Of a stretch of 45,466 bases of DNA, positions 32,498 to 40,899 are shown piece by piece. Where the stretch lies: IMG/VR virus record IMGVR_UViG_2609459834_000005; one strand, written 5' to 3'. Below the pieces are notes generated by a model, which was given only the letters and a program-made list of their open reading frames with translations, did no database searches and had not been told where the DNA came from. This stretch comes from a virus. Taxonomy: Duplodnaviria > Heunggongvirae > Uroviricota > Caudoviricetes. Within the stretch, counting starts at the first letter, position 1. The number at the start of each line of letters is the position of its first letter. Position numbers and translations under genes: made by a program.

Positions 32498-32749
32498 TTA
32501 TTCTCCTGAAAAAGCAGAAAAGCCAGCTTTTATTCCGATCTCTTTCAATGCCTGTAATGAAGTGACAAACTCACCTTCGCGCAAGATAAATCCGTCCGTG
32601 ACCCGAGCATCCACAAAATTAATTAACGCAGCCCCATTCTTTCGCAAACACATAATGCGGTAATGACTAACAAGATTTCCATTTTCAACGCACACAGCAT
32701 AGAGGCCATCTTCACAAAAAATTTTACGCAGTTCTTCGATGTTCATCAT
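32498..32749 (-). CDS. hypothetical protein (83 aa); possibly Rem by length and position
   Basis: Track ORF between hokD terminator and ydfU; identity not recognised. Confidence 0.4.
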   Translation of the reverse strand: MMNIEELRKIFCEDGLYAVCVENGNLVSHYRIMCLRKNGAALINFVDARVTDGFILREGEFVTSLQALKEIGIKAGFSAFSGE

Positions 32750-32868
32750 CAGAATCCTTCCGGATAATTAGCTCTCCCCTTTAAGGGACCATCCCTCTTA
32801 TCCCTGCGCGCTACTTAAGTATTTTTGATTCTATTCCGGCACCGTCCAGAACTTCAAACGCGTTGAAA

Positions 32869-32897
32869 ATAAAAACAAAAACCCGCCGAAGCGGGTT
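32869..32897 (-). terminator. rho-independent terminator after hokD
   Basis: acccgc-cgaa-gcgggt hairpin followed on minus strand by TTTTTGTTTTT. Confidence 0.6.
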
Positions 32898-32966
32898 AAG
32901 TGCGGGTGCGTTGAGGATGCCTGCCACATCAGAGGTGGCGAGGGATTTCTCCCCCGCCGGGTCTCT

Positions 32967-33122
32967 TACTCCTCAGGTTCGTAAGCTGTGAAGACAGCGA
33001 CCTCCGTCTGGCCGGTTCGGATTCGTACCTCGCAGAGGTCTTTCCTCGTTACCAGTGCCGTCACTATGACGGTTAAACAGATGACGATCAGGGCGATTAA
33101 CATCGCCTTTTGCTGCTTCATA
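32967..33122 (-). CDS. hokD: Hok-family type I toxin HokD/RelF (51 aa)
   Basis: Hand translation gives MKQQKAMLIALIVICLTVIVTALVTRKDLCEVRIRTGQTEVAVFTAYEPEE. Confidence 0.9.
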
Positions 33123-33192
33123 GCCTGCTTCTCCTGTCAACGCAAAGCAGAAGTGTCACCTTCGGTGCGAAACAGAGATGTCATGCTTTGGT

Positions 33193-33480
33193 TCAGAGAA
33201 TGCGTTTGACCGCCTCGCTATATACTTCCGAGCGTTCTCTTTTCCCAACAGAAATCACGAAAACGACAACTTTCTCGTCTATAACCTGGTATACAAGGCG
33301 ATAGCCTGAAGACCGGAGCTTAATCTTGTAACAATCAGGCATACCACGGAGCTTGTTTGCTTCAATCCGGGGTGACTCAAGTACTTCAACCAGCTTCTTT
33401 TTCAACTGTTCACGTACCGTCGAGCCCAGCTTTCGCCATTCCTTTAGTGCCCGCTCGTCAAAATCCAGAAAATACGCCAT
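33193..33480 (-). CDS. relE: mRNA interferase toxin RelE
   Basis: 95-aa sequence matches remembered RelE. Confidence 0.92.
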   Translation of the reverse strand: MAYFLDFDERALKEWRKLGSTVREQLKKKLVEVLESPRIEANKLRGMPDCYKIKLRSSGYRLVYQVIDEKVVVFVISVGKRERSEVYSEAVKRIL

Positions 33481-33719
33481 CAGAGTTCATCCAGCGTCAC
33501 ACGTACTGGCTTAGGATTACGAAGCCGTTCTTTCACTATCTCCACAAGTTCAGCATCTTCATCACTCAGGAGTGTCTGTTTGAACGGCAAGCGTTCATTG
33601 TCAGCGATATACTCGAGCATGAGACGAAGCGCTTCAGAAGGAGTTACACCCATTTTTTCAAGCGCGGCGTAAGAACGCGCTTTAAGTTCATCGTCAATAC
33701 GCAGGTTAATGCTACCCAT
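33480..33719 (-). CDS. relB: antitoxin RelB
   Basis: 79-aa sequence matches remembered RelB. Confidence 0.92.
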   Translation of the reverse strand: MGSINLRIDDELKARSYAALEKMGVTPSEALRLMLEYIADNERLPFKQTLLSDEDAELVEIVKERLRNPKPVRVTLDEL

Positions 33720-33730
33720 GTCTTACACCT

Positions 33731-33756
33731 CTTGTAATTACAAATGTCATTACAAG
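33731..33756 (-). promoter_or_regulatory. relBE operator-like palindrome (CTTGTAAT...ATTACAAG)
   Basis: 26-bp region with inverted 8-mers just upstream of relB start. Confidence 0.55.
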
Positions 33757-34049
33757 TATCGCACTACAACATGCTTAGGGCAAGTCACGAAGGAAGTCAG
33801 AAAGTAGTCGTAAGAACGGTGATCACTGTCCGCTTTGTGCCAGGAGCAGCCATTGCTAAGTCCATCCTGTATTGTGCAGGTCAGCTCGTTTTTAAAGAGT
33901 CCGGCCATCATCTTACTGGTACAGACACCATATACTTTGTGACGGTCAGGCTACATATGCACAACTCAACTTATTCATCTATTTTTTGCTTTAGCATGTC
34001 AGTGTTGCTTTCTCGTCGGCGGGTGAGCGGTGACCTGACCTGTCGATAA
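33744..34049 (+). CDS. hypothetical protein (101 aa), YdfV-like by position and length
   Basis: Track ORF between relB and flxA. Confidence 0.35.
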   Translation: MSLQVSHYNMLRASHEGSQKVVVRTVITVRFVPGAAIAKSILYCAGQLVFKESGHHLTGTDTIYFVTVRLHMHNSTYSSIFCFSMSVLLSRRRVSGDLTCR

Positions 34050-34200
34050 AGGAACGTAGCACGTTTTATGCAACACCCGCATGCGGCAGAAAATTATTGC
34101 CGAACGTTTACCCCTGTCAACAAGCTTTACTTTCTGAGGCGCGCCAGCCCGCGAGGAAAACAATCTGAACATCAAACAATTAATGACACAAGAAATACGA

Positions 34201-34227
34201 TTAAAGATTTTTTTGTGCATGCCGATA
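34201..34227 (+). promoter_or_regulatory. sigma-28 (FliA)-type promoter for flxA: TAAAGATT-N11-GCCGATAG
   Basis: Close match to TAAAGTTT-N11-GCCGATAA, ~25 nt upstream of flxA start. Confidence 0.6.
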
Positions 34228-34251
34228 GTGCTTTTTTAAAAGGAGAAATCT

Positions 34252-34584
34252 ATGTCTGTCACAATTCAGGGAAATACCTCAACCGTTATTTCAAACAACT
34301 CCGCCCCGGAAGGAACATCAGAAATAGCCAAAATCACAAGACAAATTCAGGTGCTGACTGAAAAGCTTGGGAAAATCTCATCGGAAGAGGGGATGACGAC
34401 ACAGCAGAAAAAAGAAATGGCTGCATTGGTACAGAAGCAAATTGAAAGCCTCAGGGCTCAACTGGAGCAGTTGTTAAGGCAGCAGGCAGAGAAAAAGAAT
34501 AAAGACGCGACAGTTCAGCCTGATAAAAAAGAAGAGAAAAAAGACGATACAAATACCGCTGGCACCATTGATATTTACGTCTAA
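34252..34584 (+). CDS. flxA: FlxA (FliA-regulated protein)
   Basis: 110 aa MSVTIQGNTSTVISNNSAPEG..., matches remembered FlxA. Confidence 0.9.
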   Translation: MSVTIQGNTSTVISNNSAPEGTSEIAKITRQIQVLTEKLGKISSEEGMTTQQKKEMAALVQKQIESLRAQLEQLLRQQAEKKNKDATVQPDKKEEKKDDTNTAGTIDIYV

Positions 34585-34598
34585 GTGACAGCCGTATT

Positions 34599-34625
34599 GT
34601 GGCCCTCATCGGGCCACTTTTCGCC
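34599..34625 (+). terminator. rho-independent terminator after flxA
   Basis: gtggccc-tcatc-gggccac hairpin followed by TTTT. Confidence 0.6.
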
Positions 34626-34999
34626 ATCAGCCTTTTCTTTAAAGACATATTATCTTTGTATCATTTCTGATAGTTAACATTACAAGATATAAGTAATGGA
34701 CGCACTCCCAATTAGTCTATTTAAATCGCCACGAGTTTAACTGACAACCCATGATCAATTATGAATTGCAACTATTTCTGTAGTCACTTTTGTGGGGACA
34801 GTCCACAAAACTGCCAACTTCCGCTTCTTGCTCTTAGCGGACATTAGCATAGGCTATTTACCATAACGCCTCATTACGCGCACCGCCCAGACTGACTCAG
34901 CGCGTTTATGGCATATCCCCGGTAAAACAAGTAACAAACCACCCGAAAATGAACATCAGAAACGCGACTTAAGAATCTACCCTATGAATGGATATGCAC

Positions 35000-36400
35000 T
35001 CAACCGAATCGATCTTGGTTTCAATCTATTTTATCGGGATCAGGCTTCTTTTTAGGTAACTTCGGGGGCTTAACTTGCTGATGACTTTGCGTTCGGCGCG
35101 TAAGCCAGGGATGGTCAGCTTTAGATTTAACATAGTATTTTGAGCGTAAATCAATACGGGCATTATCCACTCGTTCATGGACACTCTTTTCATCATCCAG
35201 TGGTATAGGCTCCGGGCCATCAACATACTTTTCCCAGCCCAGCGCTTTCCCGTCATACAGAACGTTAATTTCACCGTCAAAGTTCTCACATACAGTAACA
35301 ACCGAATGCCTAAGTCGATATCCCCGGCCCTCACTGCGTACCTGAAACGCACTGCTTTTGTACTGGAAAGTGAGATTTTTAGACAGAACGCGCTTCGCCT
35401 GTAGGCTGAAGATATAACCCAGTTCCTCTTCAGAATGGTGCACATCAAGATGAGCATTATCAGTAGTACGAGGCGACGTAGCGAACCGGTTGTTATAGGC
35501 TTCAATAAAGGTCGGCAACCATGCATTTGCTGTTTCAATATCACTGATATTCTGAAGCCGCATTTCTTTGACCAGCCTGTCCTGTAGTGTCTGATTGGCG
35601 CGCTCTACCCGCCCTTTTGCCTGCGGGCTGTTGGCATGGATTGGCTCGATGCCCAGTGTCTTTATCGCACGAGTGAACTGGGTCAGCTCACCTTCCCGCT
35701 CTGGGTTATTTACCCTGAATATACTGTGTCTATCAGAGTAGAGAGCGAGCGGTACGCCATGATCATTAAGGTAACCCCGGAGGGTTTCCATGTAAGCCCG
35801 GGTTGTTTCAGCAGGCACAAAACGCAACGCCATCAACGCACTGGTGGCATCATCAATGAAAACGATCAGTGTACATCTGGGGCCTCGATTTTCAAACCAG
35901 TCATGAGGTGAGCCATCAATCTGGATCAGTTCACCGTAAGATGGTCGTCGCATGCGGCGTTGATATATACGGGCAATTTTACGACGGCGTTCACGCCATA
36001 ACCCCTCTTCTATCATCCACTTTCTGAGAGTTTCAACGGATAAAGATAAACCGTGTATCTCGCGCAATTTTTCGCACGCAAACGTAGGTCCAAAATCAGC
36101 GTAACGGCCTTTGAGGAGTGAAATTACTGTTGCTCTGAATTCAGTAGAAAAGGAATTATTAGGACGCTTTCCACGTCGGTGGGAAACCAGACCAGAAGGC
36201 CCTTCATTTCTATACCGTTGCACCAGACGTTTAACCTGCCGAATAGAAATGCCAATGCGTGCCGCAGCTTGTTCCTGAGTAATATGTCGATTAATTGACT
36301 CCTGAATAATCTGAAGTCGGTGGAGTTCCTTATGACTCATCGTAACAGTCTCTTTGATCATGAAAAATCCCCCAGAGAATTGTCTGGGGACATTTTAGAA
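35000..36400 (-). mobile_element. inserted IS-like element with a single DDE transposase gene (IS481/ISNCY-like); ends not resolved
   Basis: 446-aa transposase ORF; flanking ORF appears truncated at the element edge. Confidence 0.5.
35021..36361 (-). CDS. DDE-type transposase (N-terminal HTH, integrase-core-like catalytic domain)
   Basis: Track ORF 446 aa; family assignment uncertain. Confidence 0.75.
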   Translation of the reverse strand: MIKETVTMSHKELHRLQIIQESINRHITQEQAAARIGISIRQVKRLVQRYRNEGPSGLVSHRRGKRPNNSFSTEFRATVISLLKGRYADFGPTFACEKLREIHGLSLSVETLRKWMIEEGLWRERRRKIARIYQRRMRRPSYGELIQIDGSPHDWFENRGPRCTLIVFIDDATSALMALRFVPAETTRAYMETLRGYLNDHGVPLALYSDRHSIFRVNNPEREGELTQFTRAIKTLGIEPIHANSPQAKGRVERANQTLQDRLVKEMRLQNISDIETANAWLPTFIEAYNNRFATSPRTTDNAHLDVHHSEEELGYIFSLQAKRVLSKNLTFQYKSSAFQVRSEGRGYRLRHSVVTVCENFDGEINVLYDGKALGWEKYVDGPEPIPLDDEKSVHERVDNARIDLRSKYYVKSKADHPWLTRRTQSHQQVKPPKLPKKKPDPDKID

Positions 36401-36814
36401 TGGTTCAAAGGGGACATTACAGCTTGGTGTTAACAATAGCCTGCTTCTCCTTGCCTTCCGGCACTCGCGACAGATTATGTTTAGACGACTGTCGTAGCGA
36501 CGTATTTCTCCGTCAGGTAATGACCAGATAAGGTCCGGATCAACCACAGCAGGTTTCTTCACCTTTGCCCTCGAGAGTTTTTTGCGGGCGTTTTGCCAGT
36601 CCTTACGCGCCTGTTCAGACGGGAATAACCCGTAACCAGAGCTGTATACATCGCCACTGGCAACCAGCTCTCTGGCCAGAACGCTCATCAGATATCTTGT
36701 TGCCCCAGTTTTAGCTTCCAGTTGTCGTAACGTCTCGCGCCCACTCTGGCGTACGAGTTCCACCACCTGCCCTTTAATTTTTTCCCGCTCTTCTTGTGTA
36801 AAAACTTTTGCCAC
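36395..36814 (-). pseudogene. phage replication-region gene, probably 3'-truncated by the transposase insertion
   Basis: 139-aa ORF ending within a few nt of the presumed IS boundary; sits at the lambda P position. Confidence 0.35.
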
Positions 36815-36854
36815 AAGTCCTCCTGAACATTACTTTATACCCTAAAATCAACAC

Positions 36855-37874
36855 TTATCCCCTGAAACCAGGCGGAATTTCTGTATCCGGTTCAGAAATA
36901 TGATTCACACAACGCTGTACAGGTGAACGTCCCAGGCGGATGACCAGTTCGTCCCATTTTTCGCGGAGTTTTGACGGGCTCATGATGTTTTTTACCCAGA
37001 ATTGATCTCGCTGTACCCGACCAAACATTTCGCAAATTTGTCTGTGGCTTCTGCCATCCAGCATCCGCATTGTGCGCACGTCATTGGCCCAGGCTGTCCA
37101 GTTAGGCTCTTTTGGTCGCATGATCTCTCCATCGTCGCTGGCAGCCTGTTCGTAAAGGTTCACGATCCGCCCCCAAATCCACTGCGCACACGCCAAATCC
37201 TCCCTGCTACCCCACTGGCGTTTTTTCGCACTAAACACAACCGCGTCGGGGTTCCGGGTTAAAAAATCCTGTTCAGCGGTCTGCTGGTCCGGTTGCGAAG
37301 CTTCCGGACGAAAAGTGTTTTTATTCTCTGTAGTAATCTCTGTTGTATTCTCTGTAAGATCATCAGGCCATTTTGACCCGATGACATTGGGTCGTTTTGA
37401 ACCAATGGAGCGTTTCATTTTGACCTCTTCCATCGTGTCATTTTGACCTGATGGAGCGGCGCATTTTAAACCGATGGATTCGCTCAATTTGCCACCATCT
37501 AAAAGCTCGCTCCCGTAGTTGATCGTGTAGAAATTGGTCATATCGCGCTTTGATTTATTGAGCTTTTCACAACGCAAAAGCCCCAGCGTTTTCAGACTTG
37601 CAAACGCGCGCTTTAACGTTGACTCTGACCAGAATGGGAACTGTTCCAGCCATTGTTCCGTTGTGTTGTAAATCCAGCGAACACCATCACATTCCATGCC
37701 GGAATTGGTATCTCTCAACCAGCAATGCAACTGCTGCAACACAATGGCTTCATTTAAGCCAATCTTCATCGCAAGCTGTGTGTTTATAACCAGTGGGCGT
37801 TCAGCAAAAAGAAGGCTCATAATTCCATCCAGCTTTTTGTTGGTATTGCTGTCGATACGCAAGTTTGAAAGCAA
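36855..37874 (-). CDS. replication initiator O-like protein
   Basis: 339-aa ORF downstream of the cro/cI-like pair, with internal iterons. Confidence 0.65.
   Translation of the reverse strand: MLSNLRIDSNTNKKLDGIMSLLFAERPLVINTQLAMKIGLNEAIVLQQLHCWLRDTNSGMECDGVRWIYNTTEQWLEQFPFWSESTLKRAFASLKTLGLLRCEKLNKSKRDMTNFYTINYGSELLDGGKLSESIGLKCAAPSGQNDTMEEVKMKRSIGSKRPNVIGSKWPDDLTENTTEITTENKNTFRPEASQPDQQTAEQDFLTRNPDAVVFSAKKRQWGSREDLACAQWIWGRIVNLYEQAASDDGEIMRPKEPNWTAWANDVRTMRMLDGRSHRQICEMFGRVQRDQFWVKNIMSPSKLREKWDELVIRLGRSPVQRCVNHISEPDTEIPPGFRG
37325..37480. repeat. origin-like iterons inside the O-like gene: five ~16-bp CATTTTGACC-GATGG repeats at ~23-bp spacing plus three 12-bp TCTCTGT-type repeats
   Basis: Direct repeats read by eye at 37369, 37393, 37415, 37439, 37462 and 37325-37360. 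Confidence 0.55.
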
Positions 37875-38322
37875 TTGCTTTTTCTATAAGTTCGTCAGTT
37901 TCACGATCCACTACGGCAGGATCAGCAAAAAGCAGTCCGGACTCCACCACATCGCCATATTCTTTGTTTAACCCGGCGATCATGTACGTGATGCTTTTTC
38001 CGTCACTAATTTCACGATACAACCTGAAATCATTAATCCGAATAGCCTCCATAATTGCAGGCACTAGCGCCGTGAACTTTTCACGCTTATCCCTGGTGTC
38101 GATAGCCTTCCAGCGTTCGAATATCTTCACTCGATTAACGCCAAGTGCTCGCTGATCAACCGCGCCACCTTCATCTGTGACACGCTGAACATCGATGTTC
38201 GGGCGCTCTTTCAAAGCCCAGAATGCTTCAGTGATTAATATCGTCGCCTGCTCCTGTGTCATTCCTGGTCGACATATCCAGGCATCCAGAGCCTCACGAG
38301 CCTGTTCAGGAGTGATTTTCAT
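37801..38322 (-). CDS. YdaT-like protein (cII position)
   Basis: 173-aa ORF; segment RWKAIDTRDKREKFTALVPAIMEAI resembles Rac YdaT as remembered. Confidence 0.45.
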   Translation of the reverse strand: MKITPEQAREALDAWICRPGMTQEQATILITEAFWALKERPNIDVQRVTDEGGAVDQRALGVNRVKIFERWKAIDTRDKREKFTALVPAIMEAIRINDFRLYREISDGKSITYMIAGLNKEYGDVVESGLLFADPAVVDRETDELIEKAIAFKLAYRQQYQQKAGWNYEPSFC

Positions 38323-38533
38323 TGTTCAACCGCCCCGCCCGCTTCGTCTTACGATATTCGTCATAAACCTTGGGATCATACAGAAGCTCGCCGCCAGATG
38401 CCTCCTGTAGACGCATCGCGCGACCTTCAGGAACCAGCTCTTGCCATTGAGAAACAGCAGATGGGTCAACGCCAGCAGCTTTCGCTACTTTGGCTTTCGT
38501 ACCGTAAAAATTAATTACGTCTGATTTAAACAT
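38306..38533 (-). CDS. dicC: Cro-like repressor DicC
   Basis: C-terminus LVPEGRAMRLQEASGGELLYDPKVYDEYRKTKRAGRLNNENHS matches DicC; SD GGAGGTG. Confidence 0.85.
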   Translation of the reverse strand: MFKSDVINFYGTKAKVAKAAGVDPSAVSQWQELVPEGRAMRLQEASGGELLYDPKVYDEYRKTKRAGRLNNENHS

Positions 38534-38545
38534 CGCACCTCCAAT

Positions 38546-38561
38546 ATTGAGTTTTCTCAAT
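38546..38561. promoter_or_regulatory. operator-like palindrome ATTGAG-TTTT-CTCAAT in the dicC-dicA divergent region
   Basis: Perfect inverted repeat between divergent starts. Confidence 0.4.
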
Positions 38562-38610
38562 GCTAATCACTCAAGGAATCTCAAGTCAAGGGTTATTAAG
38601 ATATCTAAAT

Positions 38611-39018
38611 ATGAACGAGAAAACTTTAGGTCAACGCATTAGAGAAAGACGTAAGCAGGTAGGCTTAAGTCAAAACGGTTTAAGCAAAGCTGCTGGCGTA
38701 TCTGGCTCATCAATTTCATTATGGGAAAGTGACCATACAGCCCCGCGCGGGCAAAATTTGCATCGCCTCGCCGAGGTATTGCAATGTTCACCAACTTGGA
38801 TACTGTTTGGCGACGAGGACAAAACACCAGCTCCCCCTGTTTCACTCGATAGTGCCTTAGACTTATCGGAAGATGAGTTAGAGATGCTGCGTTTGTATCG
38901 CGCACTTCCTAAATCAGAGCAACAAGCACAACTCAGCGAACTCCGCGCCCGCGTTGAGAATTTTAATCGCCTGTTCACCGAGCTATTAGAGGCTCGCAAA
39001 CGCAACAAGCATCAATAA
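38611..39018 (+). CDS. dicA: CI-like HTH repressor DicA (135 aa)
   Basis: HTH N-terminus and LQCSPTWILFGDEDK motif match DicA; start adjusted to ATG 38611. Confidence 0.85.
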   Translation: MNEKTLGQRIRERRKQVGLSQNGLSKAAGVSGSSISLWESDHTAPRGQNLHRLAEVLQCSPTWILFGDEDKTPAPPVSLDSALDLSEDELEMLRLYRALPKSEQQAQLSELRARVENFNRLFTELLEARKRNKHQ

Positions 39019-39210
39019 TCATCCCTTCACAAAATTTTAAAGCCTTACATTTCAATGTATTGGCTTTATCTTGCGCCAACACTTGAGTTTTCTCATCAAA
39101 AAACCCTGACGAAAAATAATGAGAAAACTAAATTACCTCCATCAAGACACCGCACGGTGTTCTCAGCAAACAGTTCCGCTACCCCGGCGTTAAGGGGAAA
39201 TGAGGTCAGC

Positions 39211-39366
39211 ATGGATACTATCGATCTTGGCAACAGCGAATCTCTGGTATGTGGCGTGTTCCCCAACCAGGACGGCACGTTCACCGCGATGACGTATACC
39301 AAAAGCAAAACGTTTAAAACCGAAAATGGTGCCCGTCGCTGGCTGGAAAGAAACTCAGGTGAGTGA
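39211..39366 (+). CDS. ydfA: YdfA (51 aa)
   Basis: MDTIDLGNSESLVCGVFPNQDGTFTAMTYTKSKTFKTENGARRWLERNSGE. Confidence 0.8.
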   Translation: MDTIDLGNSESLVCGVFPNQDGTFTAMTYTKSKTFKTENGARRWLERNSGE

Positions 39367-39367
39367 T

Positions 39368-39943
39368 ATGGATTTCGACACAATCATGGAAAAGGCTTAC
39401 GAAGAATACTTCGAAGGCCTTGCCGAAGGCGAAGAAGCTCTCAGCTTCAGTGAGTTTAAACAGGCACTCAGAATAAGAATGTGCTCTCACAATGACGCGG
39501 AGCACAAATATGAGAAGCAAAATCAGACCGCAGAAAATTTTGTTCTGGAACCCGGAGAAACGCTTTTCAAAATTCCCGTTACGTGCCCCATTTGCGGTTT
39601 TACATCAGAAGAACTTGACGACTCCTGTAACAATCAGGAAACAACCAAGTATGTCGAAGATGATACCGAGTGCGCACGAAGAACGATTATATCCACGAGT
39701 CCAAACTCCAGGACCAATAAATCTCACTATGAGAGGGTGATTAATCCACTCCCCCAAACCAATAAAAAAGATGCCGGAGGACAAAAAACCCAATGGAACA
39801 ACGGGATATCTGTCAAAAAAAGACGTTCCATTAAAGACAAACAACGCAGCGCCAACAACTGTAAGCGCTTTATACCAGTAATCAATTTTCATGTTCTTAA
39901 GCGGATTTATTGGTGGTTGCGACATTGCTTAATGAATCCTTAA
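39368..39943 (+). CDS. YdfB/YdfC-like protein as one contiguous 191-aa ORF with a CPICG zinc-finger-like motif
   Basis: Track ORF 39326..39943; start set at ATG 39368 right after ydfA stop. Confidence 0.55.
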   Translation: MDFDTIMEKAYEEYFEGLAEGEEALSFSEFKQALRIRMCSHNDAEHKYEKQNQTAENFVLEPGETLFKIPVTCPICGFTSEELDDSCNNQETTKYVEDDTECARRTIISTSPNSRTNKSHYERVINPLPQTNKKDAGGQKTQWNNGISVKKRRSIKDKQRSANNCKRFIPVINFHVLKRIYWWLRHCLMNP

Positions 39944-40202
39944 AACTGTGGTGATTTTAAGGATACCACCTCGCCTGACGTGGTTAAAAGCAGGCACACA
40001 ACACGAAAGCGCACGGCGAAGTTCGTCTCACTGTACGGTGTCGTTAAATTTAATTCGACCGTGCGCTTCCGGTTGTGGCAACCCGCAAAATGGCGCGGCG
40101 GTAAGTATGGCGGGGGTATTCCTTCCCCGTTGAGGACACCGGGTTGTCAGGTTGACCATACGCTTAAGTGACAACCCCGCTGCAACGCCCTCTGTTATCA
40201 AT

Positions 40203-40260
40203 TTTCTGGTGACGTTTGGCGGTATCAGTTTTACTCCGTGACTGCTCTGCCGCCCTTTTT
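40203..40260 (+). ncRNA. dicF: DicF small RNA (ftsZ-targeting) with intrinsic terminator
   Basis: tttctggtgacgtttggcggtatcagttttactccgtgactgctctgccgcccttttt matches remembered DicF. Confidence 0.88.
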
Positions 40261-40429
40261 AAAGTGAATTTTGTGATGCGGTGAATACGGCTAAGCGCAC
40301 GCGGAACAGTTAAAACCAAAAACAGTGTTATGGGTGGATTCTCTGTATCCGACGTTAATTGTTAACTGGTTAACGTCACCTGGAGGCACCAGGCACTGCA
40401 TCACAAAATTCATTGTTGAGGACGCGATA

Positions 40430-40618
40430 ATGAAAACGTTATTACCAAACGTTAATACGTCTGAAGGTTGTTTTGAAATTGGTGTCACTATCAGTAACCC
40501 TGTATTTACTGAAGATGCCATTAACAAGAGAAAACAAGAACGGGAGCTATTAAATAAAATATGCATTGTTTCAATGCTGGCTCGTTTACGTCTGATGCCA
40601 AAAGGATGTGCACAATGA
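40430..40618 (+). CDS. dicB: cell division inhibitor DicB (62 aa)
   Basis: MKTLLPNVNTSEGCFEIGVTISNPVFTEDAINKRKQERELLNKICIVSMLARLRLMPKGCAQ. Confidence 0.9.
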   Translation: MKTLLPNVNTSEGCFEIGVTISNPVFTEDAINKRKQERELLNKICIVSMLARLRLMPKGCAQ

Positions 40619-40806
40619 ATTCAGCATTTGCGCTTGTTCTGACAGTTTTTCTTGTTTCCGGAGTGCCAGTTGATATTGCAGTCAGTGTTCACAGGACAAT
40701 GCAGGAGTGTATGACTGCAGCAACCGAACAGAAAATTCCCGGTAACTGTTACCCGGTCGATAAAGTTATTCACCAGGATAATATCGAAATCCCGGCAGGT
40801 CTTTAA
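40615..40806 (+). CDS. ydfD: YdfD (63 aa membrane/lysis-associated protein)
   Basis: MNSAFALVLTVFLVSGVPVDIAVSVHRTMQECMTAATEQKIPGNCYPVDKVIHQDNIEIPAGL; ATGA overlap with dicB. Confidence 0.8.
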   Translation: MNSAFALVLTVFLVSGVPVDIAVSVHRTMQECMTAATEQKIPGNCYPVDKVIHQDNIEIPAGL

Positions 40807-40899
40807 AACAGTTCCGTAATAAATATCCGGTTTCATTCTTATATGCCAGCAATGGCAGGGATTTGTTCATCCTTAAATCTGTCATGAGGTTAAAACAAA

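Noticed and set aside
32967-33122. Apparent frameshift in hokD
   Set aside because: Was my own indexing error across a line break; re-reading gives an intact hokD of 156 nt including the stop.
32988-33209. 73-aa plus-strand ORF over hokD
   Set aside because: Antisense to hokD, whose 51-aa translation is exact; a Sok-like antisense RNA could exist here but there is no evidence for a protein.
34787-34810. Imperfect palindrome ttttgtggggacagtccacaaaa between flxA and the transposase element
   Set aside because: No adjacent T-run or gene context to assign it as terminator, operator or att core; noted only.
37325-37480. Possible CRISPR array (regular direct repeats)
   Set aside because: Repeats are ~16 bp at ~23-bp spacing, lie inside a replication gene, and no cas genes are nearby; consistent with origin iterons.
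39948-40171. 61- and 63-aa ORFs just upstream of dicF
   Set aside because: They fall in the structured dicF precursor region (long inverted repeat gttgtcaggttgacc...gtgacaacc), more likely RNA processing structure than coding.
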